Below, in pieces: positions 1 to 14,090 of a DNA stretch of 64,000 nt; within the stretch, counting starts at the first letter, position 1; every line of letters starts with the position of its first letter. The DNA lies in the NCBI RefSeq assembly GCF_009914755.1, contig NC_060934.1. One strand, given 5' to 3'. The DNA is from the human T2T-CHM13v2.0 reference genome, Homo sapiens. Position numbers and translations under genes: made by a program. The notes beneath the pieces were generated by a model. That model searched no databases. It saw only the letters and a program-made list of their open reading frames with translations, and was not told where the DNA came from.

Positions 1-29
1 CTGTTGGGATACTGAGCAATTCTAACTCA

Positions 30-178
30 GTACAGACCTTGACCATGCCATTTAATGTGTGTCGTTCTCTATTTCCTCATCTGGAAAGTAGGAATAATGA
101 TTTTTGCCAGACCTACCTGCAGAGTTGCGATGAAAGTAAAGCAAGAGAATGTGGGCAGAACACTTGGAAGTTGCAAGC
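30..178 (+). mobile_element. MIR SINE remnant
   Basis: core tttcctcatctggaaagtaggaataat resembles MIR core. Confidence 0.6.
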
Positions 179-417
179 AATCTTTCAAATTTCTCCTTAG
201 ATCAGAGTCAATAAACTGGAAAGTGACCCAGCCTTTCCTGAGTATCTGAGGTTGAAAGAGAAATAGGAGGGCTAGGTGGTAATTAAAGGTGTCTTTACTT
301 AGTAATTTCCATTGTTTAGTTTCATACAAATCTTGATTTTATATTCTTTATGTGAAGTTTTCTTCAATATATTTTCAGGTTACAATGCCCTGTTGCTTTA
401 ATATTTCCTTACTTTAG

Positions 418-528
418 GAAACACAAATCATGGATATCAAGCCCAAACGTATTAGTTCAGCAGATCCTGACAAACTTCAAACTGAACCTCTATCGACAAG
501 TTTTGAAATTTCCAGAAATAAAATAGAG
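418..528 (+). CDS. KIF20B: KIF20B internal coding exon (6th from last), 111 nt, phase 0-0, ETQIMDIKPKRISSADPDKLQTEPLSTSFEISRNKIE
   Basis: tttag acceptor at 416-417, GAG|gtgggt donor at 529; open frame that splices in frame to the next exons. Confidence 0.93.
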
Positions 529-1384
529 GTGGGTATTTGGCAGCACAGTCCACTTATTTATTCTCTTTATCCACTATTACTAAATAACACGTACAAGTAA
601 GTTGCTGAAGATACCTTACTGCACAATTAGCTGTGTGTGCTCTGGGCTGTGTGAAAGAAACTAGAGGCTTTTGAGGAGAGGTGAAATTCTTTTGGGAGAT
701 TATATGCCCAAATGATGTTAATCTCATCTTAAAAGCAGTAGATTTGTTAATAGAAACAAACTTGATGGTCAGAAATAGGAAATCCTACTAATGAGAAAAT
801 AGGGATAATTTGCTCTCATAAAAGGTTGCTTTAATAAACATTGTGTTAAATAGTATTTTTTGGAATTGTATCCATTTAGTAGCTTTGTCACCAGTCTTCA
901 ATAACAACTCGTGAGTTTCCTTAATTTGTATTGGGCTTAGGGTTCTGTGAACAACTTTGGATAATATAGAGATTCTTAGGTTGGATATGAAATAGATAAA
1001 AATTCTATGTTACTTAAAATTTTTGAAGATAAAATTACTTTTTAAATTTCTTTTTAAAACACATTTATTGGGAGCATTCAGAGTTGGGAACCTTTTTAAG
1101 CACTGAGGATACGAACATCAATAAGACATGATTGTCATCCTCAAGGAGTGAAGAATCTAGTAAGGTAGATACATAAGTGAATGACTTGTTTGATTTTACT
1201 TCATGGGCTAAGTGTTATAGTAGAAATATAAAGTGAGTACTCCAAGGAACACTGAGGAAGATGAAATGAATTTTGCCTGAGTGTTTGTGGAAATGGATTA
1301 AAGAAGGTGATACCATATTGTATCTTATGAATGGAAGCTTATTAAGCAGACAATGAGAAGGAAAAGTCTTAAAAAAAAAAAAAA

Positions 1385-1500
1385 GAAATGGGGTTTCACT
1401 ATGTTTCTCTGGCAGCTGAACTTGAACTCCCAGGCTCAAGCAGTCCTCCTGCCTCAGCCTCCTGAGTAGCTGGGACTACAGGCATGTGCCACCATGGCCA
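1385..1500 (-). mobile_element. Alu monomer (FLAM/FAM-like)
   Basis: gaactcccaggctcaagcagtcctcctgcctcagcctcctgagtagctgggactacagg, ending ggcc. Confidence 0.85.
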
Positions 1501-1879
1501 ACTGAGAAGGACATTTTAATCTGGGAAAATAACATGAGCCATTCATTTTCTCTTGGTTTTTCCTTGACAGTTCTTAGTAGTTTCAAATAATTAGCACTAA
1601 CCTTGGGGACTAATACAAATCATAAATTTCACAGAAAAGTTTGAAGTTTATCCATAAACAAGGCTTAATTCTTGATTGCATGGACAAACACATATAATGG
1701 AACATTTCTTTCTCCATAAATTTATGTATGTTGTCCTAAAACCTCCTGGTTCCAATTTTCTAATTCCAGCAGTTATTTTATATTCCACAATTTGGGGAAT
1801 CATATTGTTAGGCTATTTTGTATGTTCTTGCCTTCATGTAATCGATATACTTAACTGGGCTGAAAGTCCAAAATGATTA

Positions 1880-2180
1880 ATTCAGTTAACTGGTAGTTGA
1901 TTCTGGGAATTCCACTGGACTTAATTTGTGGTCTCTCCCTGTGGATTGGACCTCTCATGGCATGGTAGCTGGTCTGAGATGGGGCATTTTGAGGGTGAGT
2001 GTCCTGAAAGTGTTCTAAGAGGACAGGACAGAAGTTGTAATGCTTCTTATGATTGAGCCTTAGAGGACCATAATGTTATTTCTACCACATCCTATTGGCT
2101 ATAAGGCCCAAATTCAAATAGAGGGGAATGAGAGACTCCATCTCTCAATGGGAAGAGTAGCAAAGTATTTGCAGCCTACT
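1880..2180. mobile_element. Old MaLR (MLT1-like) LTR remnant
   Basis: diverged MLT1-like motifs (ttagcctt..ttctaccacatcctattggc..gactccatctctcaatgggaag). Confidence 0.45.
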
Positions 2181-2529
2181 TCTTTAATATAACCAGGCTG
2201 TTTGTCAAAGATCTCAGCCTCCTCCCTTGGAGATTTCTGATTTACTGGGTTTGTGGTAGAGTCCAGGAGTCTTTTAAACAAATTCTGTAAGTAATTCTTA
2301 TGATCATACAAGTTTGGGAAATAGCGATGTTACCCCTAATTTTAACATACCATGTGTGAGCCTGAAGAAAGTAGATGATTGCTCAATCTTTCTGTTCTTG
2401 CTGTGATCTAGCACGCTTTTTGTCTTTCCCAATGCATTGTCTTGGATAGGCATTTGAGAGAATTAATTCTTTGTGGTTTATAAATGTATACTCTACAAAT
2501 AATATTTTTCCTTTTACATTCTGTTGTAG

Positions 2530-2727
2530 GATGGATCTGTAGTCCTTGACTCTTGTGAAGTGTCAACAGAAAATGATCAAAGCACTCGATTTCCAAAACC
2601 TGAGTTAGAGATTCAATTTACACCTTTACAGCCAAACAAAATGGCAGTGAAACACCCTGGTTGTACCACACCAGTGACAGTTGAGATTCCCAAGGCTCGG
2701 AAGAGGAAGAGTAATGAAATGGAGGAG
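2530..2727 (+). CDS. KIF20B: KIF20B coding exon, 198 nt, phase 0-0, DGSVVLDSCEVSTENDQSTRFPKPELEIQFTPLQPNKMAVKHPGCTTPVTVEIPKARKRKSNEMEE
   Basis: ttgtag acceptor, GAG|gtaaat donor; recognisable KIF20B tail peptide including the CDK1/PIN1 T-P site (ACA CCA at 2668-2673). Confidence 0.96.
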
Positions 2728-2891
2728 GTAAATACTTAACTGATGAGTAAATTTAATGAACAAATCTTATTATAAAGCTGTTATAGTATAGAGTTAAACT
2801 GCTATATTGCCCTCCTGTTCATAGGCACTGCTGTTAGAGACCAAAATCACAATTTATGCTATATTTTATACCCTTTAAGGATATCACTGTG

Positions 2892-3180
2892 GGCCAGGCG
2901 TGGTGACTCATGCCTGTAATCCCAGCACTTTGGGAGGCTGGGGCTGGCGGATCACTTGAGGTCACGAATTCAAGACCAACCTGGTCAACATGGTAAAACC
3001 CGTCTCTACTAAAAATACAAAAATTAGCCAGGAGTGGTGGTGCACACCTCTAATCTCAGCTACTCAGGAGGCTGAGGCAGGAGAACAACTTGAACCCAGG
3101 AAGTGGAGGTTGCAATGAGATGAGATGGCACCACTGCACTCCAGCCTGGGTGATAGAGCGAGACTGTCTCAGAAAAATAA
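2892..3180 (+). mobile_element. AluS (Sx/Sz-like) with degraded TSD
   Basis: full dimer; flanks aaggatatcactgtg / aagaatattactgtg. Confidence 0.95.
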
Positions 3181-3762
3181 AGAATATTACTGTGGTTTAA
3201 TGGTCTTCAGATAAAAAGCTATGTATATTAAAAGATATAGCGTCCTTGCTTCAGTTAAACTATAATACATCAAATGATGGTGGATTTTACTGGAGAGCCA
3301 TTTCAGTATACCAGTCCTGTTCATACTTAGTCACTTTCCCTGTATTGGAAGAGAAAAGAGGGTTATGTAGAAATCAGAGAAACTGAAATAGCTAACTTGC
3401 TTGTGTATAATCTTTGTCATTTAACTAAAATCTTGTCTGTATGGTCCTAGCAAGTTTTAAAAGAGAAATTCTTTTTTCATCAGCCAGTGTTAAAATTTGG
3501 GCCTCTATGTAGTGGTAGGCTAAAAGCTATTAACCTCTTCTTACTGCAGTTTCTTGATTGAAGGGTTGCCAAACCTACCATGTCCTAGATGTGGAGATTT
3601 GGCAAGTCAGATGAGGTTTCTGATCCTGTTTTCTCCTTTTTGGAACAATGGATTAATGTGTTGAAAATGCTTCGCTTTTGCTCTGCAAGTGGCAGTTACA
3701 TTTATTAATATAACTATTATTACTATTTATTAATAGTTACTATTAATATTTATTAATAGTAT

Positions 3763-6472
<2,710 letters not shown>

Positions 6473-7075
6473 AATACTTATTTTTAAAGTAACTTGTTTT
6501 AAGCTTAAAACTAATTACAAACTCTCTAGCAAAATAATTTTTCTTCAACTTTCTTTTACTTCTTTGAAGAGTAGTATATTTTCAAGCTGATGTAAGAGCA
6601 GAAATAGTATTAACTATACTCCTGAGGCTCTCTGTCAGGTAATAATTTTGCTGAGTGAATATTATTCAGCATAGTTTTTCTGCTACACATGTAACACCTT
6701 TAGAGATTGTTTTATGGAGTCTTACTAGTTAACTTTTGTTTTATATTTATTTAATTTTTTAAAATAACATTAAAACACTGAGTTTCATCATCTAGTTGGC
6801 TTTTTCTTGATCCATTTTTTTTCAACGAAGAAGGAAACACCGAGTGTAGTTCTCAAGAAGGTTAAAATATAAATATTTTATTAATTTTACTATTGGCATA
6901 TATCCCTCATGTATATTTCAGAAAAGATTTACAGATTGTTGTAGATACATCATGTAGAAACTTTAAATTTTCTAACTGATTTTACTCAATCTTCACTGCT
7001 ATAATAAACTAAGTACATGGGCCCCCATGAAAATCATTTATGCAATCCTATTTTCTTTTTTTCTTCCACATACTC

Positions 7076-7245
7076 TTTTTTTTTTTTTTAATTACTAAGT
7101 TCTGTGGTATGTGTGCAGAATGTGCAGTTTTGTTACATAGGTATACACATGCTATGGTGGTTTGCTGCACCCATCAGTCTGTCACCTACATTAGGTATTT
7201 CTCCTAATGCTATCCCTCCCCTAGCCCCCCACCCCCCGACAGGCT
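7076..7245 (-). mobile_element. 5'-truncated L1PA (PA7-like) 3' end
   Basis: poly-T then gtgcagaatgtgcag..ttgttacataggtatacac..cctagccccccacc. Confidence 0.85.
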
Positions 7246-7857
7246 ATATTCTAATCCAGTGAAGACTCCAAAGAGCTCCTTACTGACCACTATGTGTGGA
7301 GGTAGCCTCATGGTCTCTTTTCACTTGCATCCTATGATTACCATCTGTCTTTTCCCTGTCATGGTGTCTGCTTCTTATGACCCTTATAACTTCTGCTTTG
7401 TAATTTGGATTCTGAGGTTCAGTCATGATCTTTTCTCTGCTTCTCTTCTTGCCCCCTTTTTCCTGAACTTTTATCTTTGGTACAACTAGGATTTGCAGCA
7501 GTTCAAGTCAGTGAGTATATCTGTAAAGGGCTTTGTCCTATGTGAGGTTATTTGGGGAAAAGAAGAGTAAGATGCCATACCCATGTTGTAGAGAAGAAAG
7601 ATAATATTTTAAAAGTTTTAACATTTTACCTTTGGTTATTTGAAGTTTCGTTTTTATTTTATTTTTGATATTGTCAAATGTCAATGAGAGAACTTAGACA
7701 TAGATGCTTGTATTATTTGGGAGTTAGGCAATAGGTAGGTATATTGTATGCTGTATTTTAAAGCTCAGTTTCAAATAAAAGATATTCCTTCCATGTTTTT
7801 CATTTAGCTTATGTAATTTCATTACTTGTGATATGTTTGAAAAATTCACACCTTCAG

Positions 7858-8080
7858 TCAGGGTTTCTCAACTCCAGCACAGTTGACATTGTGGGCTGTA
7901 TACCTCTTTGTTTTAAGGGCTATCTATCCTGTGCATTGTAGGGATGTTTAACAGCATTCCTGACCTCTACCCACTCGTGGCCAATAATATCCCCTTCTCC
8001 CTGGCAAAGACAACCAAAAATATCTTCAAACATTGCCATTGTCCTCTGAGTTCAAAATTGCCCTCGGTTAAGAGTCACTG
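7858..8080. mobile_element. MER20 (hAT-Charlie MITE)
   Basis: cagggtttctcaac...gttaagagtcactg termini and the internal cctgtgcattgtagg motif. Confidence 0.8.
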
Positions 8081-8181
8081 TTTTAAGTGATAATGTAGCT
8101 TTTTACAAATTTTCTTTTTTGAGTCTAGAGAAATAAAATATTGTCAAGAAATTAACTGGTGCTAAAATTCATTATTTTTAG

Positions 8182-8283
8182 GACTTGGTGAAATGTGAAA
8201 ATAAGAAGAATGCTACACCCAGAACTAATTTGAAATTTCCTATTTCAGATGATAGAAATTCTTCTGTCAAAAAGGAACAAAAG
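8182..8283 (+). CDS. KIF20B: KIF20B coding exon, 102 nt, phase 0-0, DLVKCENKKNATPRTNLKFPISDDRNSSVKKEQK
   Basis: tttttag acceptor, AAG|gtgtgt donor, open and in frame. Confidence 0.95.
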
Positions 8284-8629
8284 GTGTGTCTTTTAATTTG
8301 TCCAAAATTGTAGCAATTATCCAGAAATCCAGTTGTGTTCAATTATAACTCATTTATCTTCTCTTTCCTATACATCTGATTCAGTTGAAATGTAACCTTT
8401 AGCATTTGGCCAGTAGCATCTACTTTATGTGTTTACTTCTGACTTTAACACTCTGCCTGTCAAACTCTTTTTGCCATTGTCTGACCCTTTTATCCCTGTC
8501 CTTATATACTTAAAGTTTCCTACCTGAGAATTCATAACCTGTCTCTGGCCTCTTTAATTCAGCTGTGGCCATAACTATTTCCTTCTAACACTTCTCATCA
8601 ACAATAACAAAAAATGTTTTGTTTATTAG

Positions 8630-8780
8630 GTTGCCATACGTCCATCATCTAAGAAAACATATTCTTTACGGAGTCAGGCATCCATAATTGGTGTAAACCT
8701 GGCCACTAAGAAAAAAGAAGGAACACTACAGAAATTTGGAGACTTCTTACAACATTCTCCCTCAATTCTTCAATCAAAAG
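8630..8780 (+). CDS. KIF20B: KIF20B coding exon, 151 nt, phase 0-1, VAIRPSSKKTYSLRSQASIIGVNLATKKKEGTLQKFGDFLQHSPSILQSK
   Basis: ttattag acceptor, AAG|gtttgc donor, open and in frame. Confidence 0.95.
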
Positions 8781-9154
8781 GTTTGCAGAAAATTAATTAA
8801 ATGACCTTTTTTTGTTAGATGTTGGGTATATTTTAATACCTAATTGATATATAAACTCAACAGCTGTTCAGGGAATATTATACTTCAAATAGGCATTGTC
8901 CTATACTAGGTACTGTGGGAAGAAACATGTAAAAGGATGATAGATCTAGGTGTTCGCTATGTAGTAGAAGAGAAAGGCTTGTATTTAAGTAACTGATCCA
9001 GAGCAGGCTACTTAATATAGTAATAGGGGTATAAGCAAAGGTATGATAGTATTGGAGGGAAAAGAGCTACTCTGATTAGGGGGCTTTGGGAAGGTTTTTA
9101 TGGGAGAGATGGGATTTATCCTGTGTATTGAAATGTGGGCAGGAGTACACTCTC

Positions 9155-9366
9155 TAGGGTGTCCAAGGGTGAGAATACAGTCATGGGTTCTTAGTTTCTG
9201 TTTTTGGTTGGGGCAGGAAATCCCCTTCCTCATCCCTGTTTTCTGCTTATCACTAGAGACAGAAACTAAAAACCATGGCTTCAGGCCGCTAAAAGCCTAA
9301 AACAAAACAAAACAAAACAAAACAGAACAAAAACAACAACAAAATAAGGTGGGTTGGACAAGTTTG
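9155..9366. mobile_element. MER107-like hAT-Charlie MITE with internal (AAAAC)n
   Basis: ggtgtccaa ... ttggacaagtttg termini; matches recalled consensus. Confidence 0.75.
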
Positions 9367-10659
9367 CCAGTATTAGTATTATGGTATATATCCTCCTAGT
9401 GTTTTTTTTTCTGTGCATATGTAAACATTATCTGTTTATGTACAATATGTCAAAAACACATTATTTTCATAAATACCTATTGAGTTTAGCTGCAGAAACA
9501 GTATGCTTAGTGCTTTTTTTCTTGATAATATAATGTGGACATATTGATACCTGTGTATATGTTAAGATATATACACATGTGTGCACATATGCGGAAGGAA
9601 TGGTTTTAACACAGGTGGAGTATCAGAAAAATGTAGGAAATGTTCATGCAATTACAGGCAGCAATACACATCTGGCATGTAGAATGTGGAAGGACTATCT
9701 TAGGGGTGAGATGGAGTAGTGGGTTTTTGTGAGGTTACCTGAATGACAGCAATAGGATGAATTAGAGACCAGAGTGAGGGGTATAGGGAAGGAAAGGAAC
9801 TAGAAGCAGGGGGCAGTTAAATTGAATCAAATATGTTGTGTGAAAATACTTTTTGTCGAAGGCTTACCACAGACGTTTCCAAACTTTGTTGGTTCACAGT
9901 GCCCTTAATGTCTCAGTAATTAATTTCCATTTTGCCTCTGCACCCAAAGAACCACTAGTAGTCTCATGCATTAGAACTTAAGACCAAACAACCACTGAAA
10001 ATTCAGCTTCTGAAAATCCAGATTGCAAAGATAATGTCATAATGAAAAGAAATGTAATTCAGTATCGTTTTGAAATTGAACTACCTTGGGCTATTGAGCA
10101 TCACTATTTTCCCTGAAGATTGAAAATATCCTGAGGTGCTTCTGTAAGTTTGCTGCAGCATGCCTTAGTACACAGTTTGGGAACTTCTGACCTATCAGAC
10201 CCATTTGTATATTTACATACATTTAAAAAAATATGTACATTTAAAAAATGTGTTTGTATAAACAGAAAATATCTGGAGGGACAAACAGCAAACTGTTAAA
10301 TATCTAAATTTGGAGAGGAGGGACATCTTTCTTTAGAGTCCTTTAGGCTTACTACCACTTTTATATTAAAAAGAAATATATTTTCAAGGAGAGGTAGGTA
10401 CCTATAATAAGTATGTAATCAGATAAGGGTAATGATTCTCTTACTTCATTGACTTGGTTCCTTAACAGCTTCCCTACCAATGCACTTGACATACATTTTT
10501 TTTTTCCTTTTTTCTTTTTGTTTTTACTTATTTCTAGAAATATAAGATATCCCTATTTTGAACTGTAACTGTAATACATATTTGTTGTTTTGGGTCACTT
10601 GGAAATATAGAGAGAAAAGAAAAAATGGAGATTAATTTTTAAAATTCTGCTGCTCTGAT

Positions 10660-11270
10660 AACCACTGTTAATCCATCACTTAGTATCACTGGTCTCCCAG
10701 CTTGCCCCTCTTGTCATCTCCCATCCATTCATACATGACAGAATGTTCTTTTCAAAGTGCAGATTGAATTATGTTACTCCTCTGATCCTTTAATGATTTC
10801 TCATTCTTCTGAATGACCTGATTTCTGACTCTCTCCAATCTATCTCTTATTATTCTACGGTTTGATAACTAGCCAGCTTCAATCCTGCTAACTTCTGACA
10901 GTTCCTAGAATTTGCCAGCTTCTTTCTTACCTTCATATCATTGATTTCTTTTGCTTTTTCCTGTGCTTTCTTTTATCTGGAACACACCCTGGCTTTTGTC
11001 TTAGCTGGCCCCTTACCCTTGAGCCCTCATAGCTGATGGAACGTTATTAGGGAGACACCTTCCTTCATCACCCTGTCACTACCCCTCATCCCCAGCATCA
11101 CTTAATCTTTATTATTCAATCCTATTTTTTGTCTTAGCACTTTTTAAACTGTAATTCTTTGCTTTCTTATTATCTTTTACACTAGAATATAATCTGCACG
11201 GACAAAATGTCTGTCTAGTTCATACTGTCAGCTCTTAGTATAGTGGCTAGCACATAGTAGTGATGAGTTT
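10660..11270 (+). mobile_element. L2 LINE 3' remnant
   Basis: diverged L2 motifs ending actagaatataatct..tggctagcacatagtag. Confidence 0.6.
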
Positions 11271-11329
11271 GGCTCTAGGCCAACATATGTATGATTTTTA
11301 AACATTTCTATTTTTTTTAGGCTGTACCA

Positions 11330-11896
11330 TAGGCAATTACAAAGACTTACCTGACAAGCTTCCCTTCCTACACCAGACTTGATGCATAGCCAATGCATTA
11401 TAATCTCTTAAGGGAGTTATAGTCAAGGATCCAGCATCCCCCAAGCTAGTCATGCTCTTACTCATATTTGCATATTTAGCCTGAGTGCCTCCATTCAGAG
11501 CCTCTTTATTGAGGCCTTTGGTGGAGGCCTTCTTATGGAGGGGAACAGGAGGGGGAACCTTGAAGACGCTTTTCTCCACTGTAACTCGGTACTTTTCCAC
11601 GTATAGCTCCCTCCAACCTCCAGCCCTGAGGTCTATAAAACTGCGAGAGCCTTTTGTTTGGGGCTGCCTGGGTGGTAAAATGACCACCACTTCTATGCTG
11701 ATCTGTATTATTCTGTGGTGGACTATAGAAGAGGGTGGGTAGGAGCTGGTGCTTTCTCAGGTTTAGTCTCTCGCATATACTGTTGAAATAAGTGGTTAAA
11801 AAGCTGGGTTGTTACTTTCATTTTGGCTTGTTGTCTTAACTGGCTTCTCCGATACCTGGACTCTCAGCTCTCTCAAGCCCAGCTCAGCCCTTAACA
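11330..11896 (+). mobile_element. Solo ERVL-type LTR (MER54/MER74-like), probably 5'-eroded
   Basis: CCAAT 11390, octamer 11466-11473, TATAAAA 11634-11640, ends ctcagcccttaaca. Confidence 0.55.
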
Positions 11897-12580
11897 AGTA
11901 GTCTTCTCAATTTAGTCTAATGCCTTAAATGTTTTTTCTATTTAAAAAAAAATATTTGATATCACATGTGTGTGAATTTCTATCCAGGAATTTTCCCACA
12001 TGGAAATATGTTTTCTATTAAAAAAAAGTACTATGTACTATGTACATAGTAAGGAATTTAAAAATTCCTATTCTACTTCCCTAAAAGCAATCAGCTGTTA
12101 ACAGTTTGGTTTCTCTCCATTTGTGTGTGGACTTGAAGTAAAGGGTTTACAAAGTATTTTCATGCAGCATTCATTGTGCATAACTTTATGCATGAGCATT
12201 GAACTAGATCATCTACCACCTTATTTTTAATGCTGCATGATCCACTATGTATATATCCTGCTCTTTTGCTTAACATAGCATAAACATTTTCCAAGTCATT
12301 AAAGATGCCTGAGGTTTTTTACTACATTGAACATTAATCAAATGATACTTTATTTGCTTTTTTTTTGCTGTCGATCATTATTTCATGTTCTCTTGACATT
12401 TACTTTTTTTCTTTGTGATTTGTCTATTCATGCCCTTTCACCATATATATATTGCAGTGTTTTTAGTTTGTGTATGTTCATTCTTTATTAAGGATTTCAA
12501 ACCATCTTTATTAAGGATTTCAAATCACCTTTGCAATTAGAAAATTATTTCAGGAACTAATTAACAATTTTATTTTATAG

Positions 12581-12723
12581 CAAAGAAGATAATTGAAACA
12601 ATGAGCTCTTCAAAGCTCTCAAATGTAGAAGCAAGTAAAGAAAATGTGTCTCAACCAAAACGAGCCAAACGGAAATTATACACAAGTGAAATTTCATCTC
12701 CTATTGATATATCAGGCCAAGTG
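12581..12723 (+). CDS. KIF20B: KIF20B penultimate exon, 143 nt, phase 1-0, AKKIIETMSSSKLSNVEASKENVSQPKRAKRKLYTSEISSPIDISGQV
   Basis: ttttatag acceptor, GTG|gtaagc donor; phase matches the preceding exon. Confidence 0.96.
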
Positions 12724-13862
12724 GTAAGCTAGTATTTCTGTTTTCATCAATGTAGAACTGTTCGTGTTCTTTTTAATTTTTTACAGTGGTTTGAATTTCA
12801 ATTCTTTAGATCTCTGAAAACACATGCTATAAAGGTCATGCTTTTAGTCTCACATGTGTTAAGTTTATACTAATTAAATATAAATACTGTATTAAATGTA
12901 TATAAGCGTCATGCATTTGCATTTGAAAATGCATCAGAGGAATTTATTTCCAATAATAGAATTGTCACCATTTAGTAACTTATTTGCCTCCACAATCTTT
13001 TTTTCTTTTTCTTTCTCTTTTTTAAATCATGGGAGTTGTACAAATCTGGGCCCAAGTGTTCCTGGTAAAAATATAAAACTGACATTCAGCCATTTCCTCC
13101 CACCTTTCCCCTAAGCCTTTGAGGATCTATTAGGAAGAGACTGTAGTTATCACCCTGAGTCTATGATTCATTCTCCTGATTCAGAACAGTATGTGCTGTC
13201 ACAGGGAAAGCTCAAATTTTCTGTCATGCTTGCATTTGCTTAGTGGATGAAAGTGAAGGTAAAAAAATAATTAAAAGAAATTAAAAAAATTAAAAAGAAG
13301 TGGCCAAGAAAAATCAGGAGAAACCTTTTTTGCCACAAGAGCTTTCAGATATGAGATTGACACTTGAATGCAAGATGTAAAGAGTTAGGGTAAATTAGGG
13401 CATGGTGTTGTAAGTACCATTCTGTCAGTCATTTTTGAGCATCTGTTTGATTAGTACCTGATTTCTTCCCTTGGCTGAAAATTGTTTTCTTAGTTACTAT
13501 ATAATGTGCTTTCTACTTTCTAAGTTATACATTTGTTGCCACGAAAGATCATTTCTTAAAAATTATTTGAGGCACTTGTCTCCAAATATTTTAGTAATTA
13601 TTTTAAGTTATATCTGCCTTGAATTCAATATGGAGTCTAGGTTATTTTACTTCTAGAATTTGATAGTGTTGAATCTTTTACAAAGTCTGTTTTTTAAATA
13701 AATTTTTATAGAAGATGGCATATCTGTAGTCTAAGTAAAAAAAATTCTCCAATGTATCATTTCAGTTACTAAGCACATGAACATGTCTTACTCATTATAA
13801 ACAAGCTTTTATTTTTATTTTCACTTACAAGCTTTGAAAAACTATGAAATTTTTAATTTCAG

Positions 13863-13940
13863 ATTTTAATGGACCAGAAAATGAAGGAGAGTGATCACCA
13901 GATTATCAAACGACGACTTCGAACAAAAACAGCCAAATAA
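13863..13940 (+). CDS. KIF20B: KIF20B last coding exon, ILMDQKMKESDHQIIKRRLRTKTAK-stop
   Basis: tttcag acceptor at 13861-13862, TAA at 13938-13940; matches the recalled KIF20B C-terminus. Confidence 0.96.
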   Translation: MLMDQKMKESDHQIIKRRLRTKTAK

Positions 13941-14084
13941 ATCACTTATGGAAATGTTTAATATAAATTTTATAGTCATAGTCATTGGAACTTGCATCCT
14001 GTATTGTAAATATAAATGTATATATTATGCATTAAATCACTCTGCATATAGATTGCTGTTTTATACATAGTATAATTTTAATTC

Positions 14085-14090
14085 AATAAA
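14085..14090 (+). terminator. Candidate proximal polyadenylation signal
   Basis: AATAAA with upstream TGTA motifs and T-rich downstream sequence. Confidence 0.55.

Noticed and set aside
379-417. Upstream in-frame AG (377-378) that could extend the first exon by 39 nt
   Set aside because: The extension ends in an in-frame TAG (the real acceptor), so it is not a coding isoform
12554-12580. Alternative acceptor tttcag 27 nt upstream of the penultimate exon
   Set aside because: Introduces an in-frame TAA (GGA ACT AAT TAA)
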